Shown piece after piece: positions 41,822 through 49,271 of a DNA stretch of 49,271 bases (positions are counted from its first letter, which is position 1; the number at the start of each line of letters is the position of its first letter). A program made the translations under genes and the position numbers. This DNA is from Eubacteriales bacterium. GTDB taxonomy: Bacteria; Bacillota; Clostridia; Oscillospirales; JAAYXM01. The DNA lies in NCBI GenBank assembly GCA_045544695.1, contig JAZPZP010000029.1:1-49271 (forward strand). Direction: 5' to 3'. Below the pieces are notes generated by a model, which made no database searches, was not told where the DNA came from, and saw nothing but the letters and a program-made list of their open reading frames with translations.

Positions 41822-42949
41822 ATGAAAAAGCTTAAACTTATGACAATCGTGGGTACGCGCCCTGAAATAATTAAGATGTCTGAAATTATGAAAAAATGTG
41901 ATAAATACTTTGACCACATTATTGTACACACGGGTCAGAACTATGATTACACATTGAACGAAGTGTTTTTTAACGATTTAGGTCTGCGTGAGCCTGACTA
42001 TTATCTTGGTGTAGTCGGCGATAATTTAGGTCATACAATGGGTAATGTTCTGTCAAAGTCGTATGATTTAATGCTTGAAGTAAAGCCGGATGCTATTATT
42101 GTTTTGGGTGATACCAATTCCTGCCTTGCGGTAATTTCAGCAAAAAGACTTAAGATTCCGGTATTTCATATGGAGGCAGGCAACCGTTGTTTTGATGAGA
42201 ATTTACCCGAAGAGGTAAACCGCAGAATTGTAGATGTTACAAGTGATGTCAATCTTTGTTACACCGAGCATGCGCGCCGCTATTTAAACGCGGCAGGTGT
42301 TCCGCGTGAGCGCACATATGTTGTCGGCTCACCTATGGCTGAGGTGCTTTCAAAGAATAAAGAGAATATAGAAGCAAGTAAGGTTTTGGATGAGCTTGGT
42401 TTAAAGGATAACGGTTATATTCTTCTTTCGGCACACCGCGAGGAGAACATTGATATCGAGGATAACTTTATGGCCCTTATGGAAGCTGTAAACACTATGG
42501 CGGAAACTTATAATATGCCGGTTATTTACAGCACCCACCCCAGAAGCAGAAAAACAATAGAGGCGAGAAACTTTGTTTTCAATCCGCTTGTCAGAACACT
42601 ACAACCATTTGGATTCCACGATTATAACTATCTCCAGCAGCACGCTTTTTGTGTTGTATCGGATAGCGGCACATTACCTGAGGAGGCTGCATACTTTAAG
42701 TTCCCGGCAGTTTCTGTCAGAACAAGCACAGAGCGTCCCGAAGGTGTTGACAAGGGTGTTTTTGTAATCGGAAGTATAACAAAGGAACAGGTGCTCCAGG
42801 CGGTAGACCTCGCAGTAGAGATGCACAAAAACGGAGACGATGCAGTTCCGGTTCCGGATTATGTGGATGAAAACGTTTCAACCAAGGTTGTAAAGATAAT
42901 ACAGTCCTATACGGGAATTGTAAATAAAATGGTTTGGCGGAAATATTAA
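41822..42949 (+). CDS. wecB: UDP-N-acetylglucosamine-type 2-epimerase, non-hydrolysing (FnlC/CapG/WbvD family)
   Basis: Near-colinear with my recollection of S. aureus CapG: KLKLMTIVGTRPEII..HTGQNYDYTLN..LGDTNSCL..KIPVFHMEAGNRCFD..PEE.NR.IVD..SAHREENID..PVIYSTHPRS..SDSGTL.EE..FP.V..RTSTERPE..STKVVKIIQSY. Confidence 0.9.
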   Translation: MKKLKLMTIVGTRPEIIKMSEIMKKCDKYFDHIIVHTGQNYDYTLNEVFFNDLGLREPDYYLGVVGDNLGHTMGNVLSKSYDLMLEVKPDAIIVLGDTNSCLAVISAKRLKIPVFHMEAGNRCFDENLPEEVNRRIVDVTSDVNLCYTEHARRYLNAAGVPRERTYVVGSPMAEVLSKNKENIEASKVLDELGLKDNGYILLSAHREENIDIEDNFMALMEAVNTMAETYNMPVIYSTHPRSRKTIEARNFVFNPLVRTLQPFGFHDYNYLQQHAFCVVSDSGTLPEEAAYFKFPAVSVRTSTERPEGVDKGVFVIGSITKEQVLQAVDLAVEMHKNGDDAVPVPDYVDENVSTKVVKIIQSYTGIVNKMVWRKY

Positions 42950-44199
42950 TGACGAAAGAATTTAAGTATTTGATGCACCTTCTTGCGGTAAGCGCAACGG
43001 GTGTTGAAGCTAAAGATGCAGCGGAGATAAATTGGGAATATCTTGTTAAGATTGCAGGAGCGCAAGGAGCGGTTGCTCTTGTTGCGTGTGCACTTAATGA
43101 CAATAGCTTTATCTCGTGCCCTGAAAATATAAAAGCAGTATTGTGCGATAAAACAAAAAAATATGTTTTTTCGGCATTTCTGCGTCATACAGAATCTATG
43201 CGTCTCCTCGCAAAATTGGAGGATGAGGGCATTTCGTCAGTGCTTTTAAAGGGATATACCTTGTCCAGGTTATATAAAAATCCTATGTACCGTATATCTT
43301 CTGACACGGATATTCTTATAAAGCCTGAGGATGAAAAGCGCACTTGCGAATTTCTTGAGAAGTATGGCTTCAATGTTCAGGCGCGTTGGCAACACGAAAA
43401 TCACGCAGAGTGCACTCATCCGAAAATCGGTCTCTTAGAAGTGCATACGCTTTTATACGAAGAAATGGTAGAGGAAATCTGGTTTAATAACACGGATGGA
43501 AACGAGTTTATCCGTGAGCCGTATCGTAGAGTAGAGGACAGTGATGGTTGTTTTAATACTCTCGGTGACACAGATAATCTGATTTTTATCACCCTGCATA
43601 TGATAAAGCATTTTATAACCGGTGGCATGACGCTGCGTATGATGATGGATGTAGCTCTGTTTTTTAAAGAAAATGCAAAAAATATTGACACAAAGCGTTT
43701 TTGGGAAACACTTGAGAGCCTTAGATATCGTAAGCTGATTGACAATGTGTTCTGGTCGATGATTTTATATTGCGGATTTTCGCATGAGGATTTCCCGGGA
43801 CTTTGTGAGAAGTGCCCCGAGTCGGTTGACACCGTGCTTTCAGATATTGAGAACGGGGGCCTTAAGGAACAGAATGAAACAGGGCGCGAACAGGCGTGGA
43901 TTGAATATAACCGCAGACAGATGATGAAAAACAAGGACCGCGGTGAGTATAAGCGCTATATGCTTAAGTATCAATTAGGTCTTTTATTCCCGCCGAGAGC
44001 TGCGTTGGAAAAGAAGTATCCTTATATAAAAGACCACGCGTGGCTCATTCCGGTTGCGTGGTTACATCGTCTTCTGTTCAGAGGCTTTAAAGCAACAGGT
44101 AATGGAACAACAGCAAACAAAATGATGGATGAAAAAGCTCAGATTTCAGCTGAAGAGCAAAATAGAATTGACTTATTTTCAAAACTTGATATGCTATAA
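42949..44199 (+). CDS. Uncharacterised nucleotidyltransferase family protein (NTP_transf_5 / PF14907-like)
   Basis: LLKGYTLSRLYKNPMYRISSDTDILIKPEDEKRTCEFLEKYGF...LEVHTLL is the signature region of this family. ATG 42949 overlaps the upstream stop (TAATG). Confidence 0.65.
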   Translation: MTKEFKYLMHLLAVSATGVEAKDAAEINWEYLVKIAGAQGAVALVACALNDNSFISCPENIKAVLCDKTKKYVFSAFLRHTESMRLLAKLEDEGISSVLLKGYTLSRLYKNPMYRISSDTDILIKPEDEKRTCEFLEKYGFNVQARWQHENHAECTHPKIGLLEVHTLLYEEMVEEIWFNNTDGNEFIREPYRRVEDSDGCFNTLGDTDNLIFITLHMIKHFITGGMTLRMMMDVALFFKENAKNIDTKRFWETLESLRYRKLIDNVFWSMILYCGFSHEDFPGLCEKCPESVDTVLSDIENGGLKEQNETGREQAWIEYNRRQMMKNKDRGEYKRYMLKYQLGLLFPPRAALEKKYPYIKDHAWLIPVAWLHRLLFRGFKATGNGTTANKMMDEKAQISAEEQNRIDLFSKLDML

Positions 44200-44226
44200 A
44201 AAAGACGCCCAAAGGCGTCTTTTTTA
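44199..44226. terminator. Bidirectional terminator between the polysaccharide locus and feoB
   Basis: aaaaagacgcc-caaa-ggcgtctttttt hairpin, flanked by A and T runs. Confidence 0.75.
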
Positions 44227-46248
44227 TATTAGCTTTGTGAAATTTGCGATTATTGCACAGAGGATTATCCCACAAAGAGTAGGAAGGATGGCGGCAAAAA
44301 TAGTCCATTTAATACTGCCGGTTTCTTTCTTTATTGTAAGGCAGGTGGTAGCGCAGGGAAAATGACAAAGTGAAAAGATAATGACGCAAAGTGCGGTGAT
44401 ATAAGTCCAACCGTTTGCGGTAAGTAAGCTGTAGAGTTCAGATAAACTTGAATATTCGATAAGTGTTGAAGTAGAAAGATAGCCCATTATTATAATCGGA
44501 AAGACTATTTCGTTTGCGGGGAAAGCTAAAATAAAAGCCATAAGGATTACTCCGTCGAGTCCTATAAATTTTGCAAACGGGTCTAAAAATGAAGTTGCAT
44601 AGCTGAGTAAGCTTACTCCCTCGACCGTTATATTACTAAAGCACCAGATTATAATTCCGGCGGGTGCGGCGACGGAAACCGCGCGACCTAAAACGAAGAG
44701 AGTTCTGTCGAAAACCGAGCGAACTATAACCTTTCCTATTTGCGGTGTGCGATACGGTGGCAATTCGAGAGCAAATGAAGAGGGAAGTCCCTTTAAAACT
44801 GTTTTTGAAAGAATTTTTGAAACCAAAAGTGTCATAAACACACCAAAAATGATAAATAAAAGCAGATAAAATGCGGATAAAACAGAGTTTGCTTTACCTA
44901 CAAGAAACATCGAAATAATAGCAATAAGAGTGGGAAATCTTCCGTTGCAAGGCACGAAGTTATTTGTAAGAATCGCAATCATACGCTCACGCGGTGAATC
45001 AATTATTCGGCAACCGATGACTCCGCAGGCGTTGCAACCGAAACCCATACAAGTGGTGAGCGCTTGCTTTCCGTGTGCACAGGCGCGCTTAAAGCAGGAA
45101 TCTAAATTAAAAGCAATACGCGGCAGATAACCGAAGTCTTCCAAAAGGGTAAAAAGCGGGAAGAAAATCGCCATAGGTGGAAGCATAACGGAAACCACCC
45201 ATGCAACGGTGCGATACATTCCGAGTACTAAAAGTCCGTGCAGCCAGTCGGGTGCGTTTAGCAGCGCAAACCATTCGCTGAGTTTATCTTGGAAAGAGAA
45301 TAAAACTTTTGACAGAAATTCCGACGGATAATTTGCTCCGACGATTGAGAGCCAGAAAATGAAACCGAGACCGAGGAGCATTATCGGAATACCATATTTG
45401 CGTGAGGTGAGAATTTTATCCAATTTTCGGTCAAAGGCGTTGTAGTCGCACCTGCTGCAGTGCACGCATTTTTTATAAATTTCTTCCGCGCGTATCACTA
45501 TACAGGATACGATTTCATCGCGCAGAGCGTCATCTTTTTTCGGAACAAGCTCAGCTACTTCGGGGATTTTCAGCAAATCGAAATTCAAGTAATCCGTAAG
45601 AGCACTTGAAAATTTTTCATCGTAATCAATAAGGCGCAGAGCGGTAAAACGCTTAGATAGCTTTTGGGGGAGATGCGGTGAAATGAGCGGAATAAGCTTT
45701 TCTAATTTATCCTCGATATCCTCGGTATAACCGATTGCAGCATCATATTTTCCCTCGGATTCAATCGCATCACAAACCGCTTTTTTAAGATTATCCAAAC
45801 CTTTTCCTGCCCGCGCACACACGCCGACGACCGGAATTTTAAGCTCATTACTTAAAGCGGATAAGTCTATCTTTATCTTTTTCTTCTCAGCTTCATCGAG
45901 TAAGTTTACGCATAAAAGAACTTTTGGGTTCGCTTCAATTATCTGTAAAACTAAATTCAAATTTCTCTCAAGGCAGGTCGCATCTGCGACAACTAAAGTC
46001 AAGTCTGCATCCCCGAAACACAAAAAGTCACGCGCGACCTCTTCTTCAACCGAAGATGCCATTAGCGAATATGTACCGGGCACATCGACTAATGTATATT
46101 TTTCACCCTGAAACTCATATTCGCCAACTGCATTGGAAACCGTCTTGCCGGGCCAGTTACCGGTATGCTGATGCATACCGGTGAGTGCGTTGAAAACCGT
46201 GCTTTTGCCGACATTCGGATTGCCGGCAAGTGCTATTTTATAAGACAA
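44224..46248 (-). CDS. feoB: Ferrous iron transporter FeoB
   Basis: N-terminal G-domain (IALAGNPNVGKST, DVPGTYS, NLLD) followed by a polytopic permease domain. The TTG start has a GGAGGAG SD 5 nt upstream. Confidence 0.95.
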   Translation of the reverse strand: MSYKIALAGNPNVGKSTVFNALTGMHQHTGNWPGKTVSNAVGEYEFQGEKYTLVDVPGTYSLMASSVEEEVARDFLCFGDADLTLVVADATCLERNLNLVLQIIEANPKVLLCVNLLDEAEKKKIKIDLSALSNELKIPVVGVCARAGKGLDNLKKAVCDAIESEGKYDAAIGYTEDIEDKLEKLIPLISPHLPQKLSKRFTALRLIDYDEKFSSALTDYLNFDLLKIPEVAELVPKKDDALRDEIVSCIVIRAEEIYKKCVHCSRCDYNAFDRKLDKILTSRKYGIPIMLLGLGFIFWLSIVGANYPSEFLSKVLFSFQDKLSEWFALLNAPDWLHGLLVLGMYRTVAWVVSVMLPPMAIFFPLFTLLEDFGYLPRIAFNLDSCFKRACAHGKQALTTCMGFGCNACGVIGCRIIDSPRERMIAILTNNFVPCNGRFPTLIAIISMFLVGKANSVLSAFYLLLFIIFGVFMTLLVSKILSKTVLKGLPSSFALELPPYRTPQIGKVIVRSVFDRTLFVLGRAVSVAAPAGIIIWCFSNITVEGVSLLSYATSFLDPFAKFIGLDGVILMAFILAFPANEIVFPIIIMGYLSTSTLIEYSSLSELYSLLTANGWTYITALCVIIFSLCHFPCATTCLTIKKETGSIKWTIFAAILPTLCGIILCAIIANFTKLI

Positions 46249-46487
46249 AAAATCTCCTCCTGAAAGTCCATATTTATTTTCCTCGCGTCGTCATGCCTGA
46301 GCGCAATGACCGCACCGCGAATTGAATACGCTGTCGGATCGCCGAACGGGCTTTTCATCAAGGCGGAAATTTCACTGCCTCGAACTATTCCCAGGTCGAG
46401 AAAGCGTCTGCGTTCAGCACCCTTTGCCGAGAGCGAGGTAACGATAGCTGACTTACCGATAGGAAGAGAACTTAAGGGTATGTTCAT
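46233..46487 (-). CDS. feoA: FeoA family iron transport accessory protein
   Basis: MNIPLSSLPIGKSAIVTSL...RRRFLDLGIVRGSEI...GDPTAYSIRGAVIALR is the SH3-like FeoA pattern. I start it at ATG 46487 (AGGAG SD), not 46517. Confidence 0.85.
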   Translation of the reverse strand: MNIPLSSLPIGKSAIVTSLSAKGAERRRFLDLGIVRGSEISALMKSPFGDPTAYSIRGAVIALRHDDARKINMDFQEEIFCLIK

Positions 46488-46553
46488 AAAAGCATTTCTC
46501 CTAAATAAGGCTCTCATACTCAGTTTATGACGATAATAAAGACAAGGTTACTC

Positions 46554-46597
46554 TTGCTTTAATTTGCAGCATATGATACAATGAGAACAAATGTATG
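46554..46597 (+). promoter_or_regulatory. Sigma-A promoter of dinB (TTGCTT-17-TACAAT), followed immediately by a degenerate LexA (Cheo-box-like) site AGAACAAATGTATG
   Basis: TTGCTT at 46554-46559 and TACAAT at 46577-46582. GAAC-N4-GTAT at 46584-46597 compares with the Firmicute consensus CGAAC-N4-GTTCG. Confidence 0.35.
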
Positions 46598-46608
46598 GAG
46601 GTGATGGC

Positions 46609-47856
46609 GTGGAGCGCGTGATTTTACATTCTGATTTAAATAATTTTTACGCATCGGTTGAGTGCCACGAAAATCCGTCGCTCAAAAACCGCGTCGTCAT
46701 CATCTGTGGCGACGCAAAGCAAAGGCGAGGAGTGGTCGTCGCGAAAAATGAGCTTGCGAAAAAGATGGGAATAAAAACGGGTGATACCGTATGGCAGGCG
46801 GAGCAAAAATGCCCCGACCTTGTTGCGATTAAGCCTGATCTTTTAAAATATCGCGAGATTTCAAAGCGTGTTCGCGAAATTTATTATCGCTACACCGATA
46901 AAGTTGAGCCGTTTGGGCTCGATGAGGCGTGGCTTGATGTCACCGGTTCGCAAAGACTTTTTGGCGATGGCGAATGTATCGCAAATAAAATTCGCGAGGA
47001 TATAAAAAGAGAAATGGGCCTTACCGTGTCAATAGGCGTGAGCTTTAACAAGGTGTTTGCAAAGCTTGGCTCGGATATGAAAAAGCCGGATGCGGTCACT
47101 TGTATAACACGCGAAAATTTTAAAGAAAAGGTTTGGCCGCTCTCCGTCGGCGAAATATTGTACGCTGGTCGCGCAACGCAGAAAAAGCTTATTTCCTACG
47201 GTGTTGATACGATAGGAAAACTCGCCGAAGCGGAGCCTGAATTTTTAGAGAGCATTTTAGGAAAAGGCGGTCTTCTGCTATCAAAATATGCGCGTGGCGA
47301 GGACGATTCTCCCGTTGCAAATTACGGTGAGCGCGAGCCGGTAAAATCAATAGGAAACAGTATAACCCTGCCGCGCGATGTGACGGAGTCAAAGGAAATC
47401 CGCCAGATTTTATATCTGCTTTCTGAGAGCGTGTGCGAGCGACTTCGCGCGCAAAGACTCCTTTGTAAAACGGTGAGTATCGGCGTGCGTGACAGCGCAC
47501 TTACTTGGCATGAAAGACAATGTAGTACAGGTGAAGGGGAGAAACTCTCGGCTCCAATTGCGGAGCTTGCATTTAAGCTCTTTGTTGAAATGGGATATGA
47601 AGGTCACCCTGTCCACAGTATAGGTCTTCGTGTGTCGAATTTATATGAAGATAACGGAGAATTACAGATGAATTTATTCGAGGATTTATCGGATAAGCTT
47701 AAAAAAAGAGAGATAGAAAATGTAGTCGATGGAATACGCGAGCGATATGGTCATAGCGCAATAGGTCGTGCGCTTTTAATCGGCGGCGAGAAATTTTACA
47801 GAATTAAACCAGGAGATGAGCAAATTGTGTCGTTTCCGGGCACTGAAGACGGATAA
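46609..47856 (+). CDS. dinB: DNA polymerase IV (Y-family, DinB)
   Basis: (M)ERVILHSDLNNFYASVE...EPFGLDEAWLDVT...SIGVSFNKVFAKLGSDMKKPD are Y-family palm motifs. GTG 46609, with a GGAGGTGA SD 5 nt upstream, is preferred over ATG 46591. Confidence 0.9.
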   Translation: MERVILHSDLNNFYASVECHENPSLKNRVVIICGDAKQRRGVVVAKNELAKKMGIKTGDTVWQAEQKCPDLVAIKPDLLKYREISKRVREIYYRYTDKVEPFGLDEAWLDVTGSQRLFGDGECIANKIREDIKREMGLTVSIGVSFNKVFAKLGSDMKKPDAVTCITRENFKEKVWPLSVGEILYAGRATQKKLISYGVDTIGKLAEAEPEFLESILGKGGLLLSKYARGEDDSPVANYGEREPVKSIGNSITLPRDVTESKEIRQILYLLSESVCERLRAQRLLCKTVSIGVRDSALTWHERQCSTGEGEKLSAPIAELAFKLFVEMGYEGHPVHSIGLRVSNLYEDNGELQMNLFEDLSDKLKKREIENVVDGIRERYGHSAIGRALLIGGEKFYRIKPGDEQIVSFPGTEDG

Positions 47857-47958
47857 TTACACTTGAAAATACCGTTTAAATATGGTAACATAATATGGTA
47901 AGAATATAATTGGCTATATTGACAAACAAAGTATGATTAATTTGTGCAAGATAGTTTA

Positions 47959-47987
47959 TGTACAAACAAATCAATACATGTTAAAAT
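47959..47987 (+). promoter_or_regulatory. Putative extended -10 promoter of the PIG-L/NagB-like operon (TGTACA-17-TGtTAAAAT)
   Basis: TGTACA at 47959-47964 and TAAAAT at 47982-47987, preceded by TGt. Confidence 0.3.
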
Positions 47988-48018
47988 AGTCATATATAAA
48001 TATGGGAGGCATAAAACA

Positions 48019-48723
48019 ATGAGAGTTTTGGCAATTGGTTGTCATCCGGACGATTTGGAAATCGGCTGCGGCGGCACACTTGCGCGTATGGTTGCTGAAG
48101 GTCATGAGGTCTATATGTGCCATGTATGTAATGGCGATATGGGACATATGATAATCATGCCTGAAGAACTTGGCAAAATGCGCGAAAAAGAAGCAGAAAA
48201 TGGCGGTGCAGTTCTTGGCGTAAAAAAGGTATACAATGTTAACGTTGGCGACTGCATGGTTTATTCACATGATCAGGAAGCGCGCCGTGAGGTTATAAAA
48301 ATAATTCGTGAGGTTCGCCCTGATTTTATTATCACACATGACCCGAACGATTATCATGAAGACCATGTTCAGGTTCAGAAGTTAGTTTGCGAAGCAAGCT
48401 TTACAGCTTCTGTTGCACATATGTTCCCTGAATATCCGGTTTATGAAGTAGTTCCGGTTTATTTTATGGACAATCTTGCAGGCGTTAATTTCTTGCCCGA
48501 GGAATATGTTGATGTAACAGATTACATTGATAAAAAGATTGCGGCACTTGAGTGCCACGAAAGTCAGCTCAAATGGATGCTTGAGCACGACAAGATTGAC
48601 TTTGCAGAGTTTGTTAAGTCATGCTCACGATTCAGAGGCTTGCAGAGCGGCGTGCAGTATGCAGAGGGATTTAAAGCTTATCGCGCACATCTCCGCCAGA
48701 CCACTAAGCGTTTATTACCGTAA
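48019..48723 (+). CDS. PIG-L/LmbE family N-acetylglucosaminyl deacetylase
   Basis: MRVLAIGCHPDDLEIGCGGTLA and ITHDPNDYHEDH are the PIG-L zinc-binding motifs. The start is placed at ATG 48019 (GGGAGG SD). Confidence 0.85.
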   Translation: MRVLAIGCHPDDLEIGCGGTLARMVAEGHEVYMCHVCNGDMGHMIIMPEELGKMREKEAENGGAVLGVKKVYNVNVGDCMVYSHDQEARREVIKIIREVRPDFIITHDPNDYHEDHVQVQKLVCEASFTASVAHMFPEYPVYEVVPVYFMDNLAGVNFLPEEYVDVTDYIDKKIAALECHESQLKWMLEHDKIDFAEFVKSCSRFRGLQSGVQYAEGFKAYRAHLRQTTKRLLP

Positions 48724-48743
48724 AATAAAAGGAGGAAATAAAA

Positions 48744-49271
48744 ATGAATTTTATCAGTACAGTTAAGGGTTCAAACTTAGAGGGCTTCTACCCGGCAGGT
48801 TGGGATTTCGAGAAGATTGACAAATGCTGTTCAAATGCTCCGGAATCTATCTGTGATCCGCAGCCGTTCTGGAACAAGGACTTCCAGCCGGTTATGTGCA
48901 AGAACGTCACCGAGTTCGATATGATGATGGGTCACGAGATTGCAAACGAGATCAAGAAAGCTCGCGAAGAGGGTATTAAGCTCGCTATGATTTTACCGGT
49001 AGGTCCGATGGGTATGTACCGCTGGGCTACATATTTCTTAAACGAGTGGGATGTAGACTGCTCACATGTTTACGGTTTTAATATGGATGAGTGGAGCGAT
49101 GCTGACGGTAACACTGTTGACGCATCTGACCCGAGCGCATTTACCAATGCTATGACAGAAGCATTTTACTCAAAGCTTAATAAGACTGTTCCGGTTGAGC
49201 AGAGAAACTTTGCAACAAAGGATACCCTCCCGCTTTACCCGGAGAAGATCGCTGCTCTCAAGGCTGAGGGT
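48744..49271 (+). CDS. Glucosamine-6-phosphate deaminase/isomerase (NagB/6-phosphogluconolactonase superfamily)-like protein; 3' end off the window
   Basis: AGGAGG SD then ATG 48744. The frame is open for 176 codons to the window edge. MILPVGPMGMYRW...GFNMDEW resembles the NagB-family LPTGxTP and NLDEY regions in divergent form. Confidence 0.55.
   Translation, partial: MNFISTVKGSNLEGFYPAGWDFEKIDKCCSNAPESICDPQPFWNKDFQPVMCKNVTEFDMMMGHEIANEIKKAREEGIKLAMILPVGPMGMYRWATYFLNEWDVDCSHVYGFNMDEWSDADGNTVDASDPSAFTNAMTEAFYSKLNKTVPVEQRNFATKDTLPLYPEKIAALKAEG

Noticed and set aside
43416-43934. 172-aa antisense ORF within the NTP_transf_5 gene
   Set aside because: It is a shadow frame. The sense strand carries the family signature and is translationally coupled to the upstream gene.
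46525-46548. Possible Fur box upstream of feoA (TTTATGACGATAATAAAGACAAGG)
   Set aside because: There is only one GATAAT/ATTATC hexamer and the partner half-site matches 3 of 7. It cannot be distinguished from AT-rich background without a genome-specific matrix.
1-49271. A search for CRISPR arrays, IS elements, integrases, prophage genes, toxin-antitoxin pairs and long (>30 bp) dispersed repeats
   Set aside because: I did not recognise any. The only repeated DNA noticed is the oxidoreductase tandem module with its related terminator hairpins. An exhaustive repeat search cannot be done by eye.

Overview
This is a chromosomal segment from a low-to-moderate-GC, spore-forming, Clostridia-type Firmicute. 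That placement rests on spoIVB, spoIIID, a HydCBA-type [FeFe] hydrogenase operon and a Firmicute-style dcw cluster.

Gene order, left to right:
- 1-1078: a truncated glycerol-1-phosphate-dehydrogenase-like gene, divergent from a DeoR regulator.
- 1140-2582 (-): spoIVB and spoIIID.
- 2642-4780 (-): an orphan SWIM zinc-finger protein, then an operon of a WYL regulator and an acidic micro-protein.
- 4991-7154 (+): a GQSN-type carbohydrate esterase and a ceramidase-like protein.
- 7188-9199 (-): two tandem Gfo/Idh/MocA oxidoreductase paralogs, each with its own promoter and terminator.
- 9303-9687 (-): a start-less small ORF and a stand-alone tRNA-Gly(GCC).
- 9910-14083 (+): hydC-hydB-hydA.
- 14130-16231 (-): a histidine kinase and an OmpR-type response regulator.
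- 16507-31155 (+): a long dcw cluster in the order mraZ, rsmH, ftsL, PBP, murE, murF, mraY, ftsW, murG, murA, ftsQ, DUF881, sbp, ftsZ.
- 31336-44199 (+): an 11-gene Wzx/Wzy-type polysaccharide locus with an AT-rich core.
- 44224-46487 (-): feoAB.
- 46609-47856 (+): dinB.
- 48019-49271 (+): a PIG-L deacetylase and a truncated NagB-like gene.

I saw no CRISPR array, rRNA, transposase, integrase or phage genes. Most of the window is housekeeping.

The accessory-looking parts are 2.6-4.9 kb, 4.9-9.3 kb and 31.3-44.2 kb. I did not find an unambiguous novel system. The best candidates are listed as findings with modest scores.

All promoter and operator calls are consensus matches made by eye. All homology statements come from recognising motifs, not from searches.
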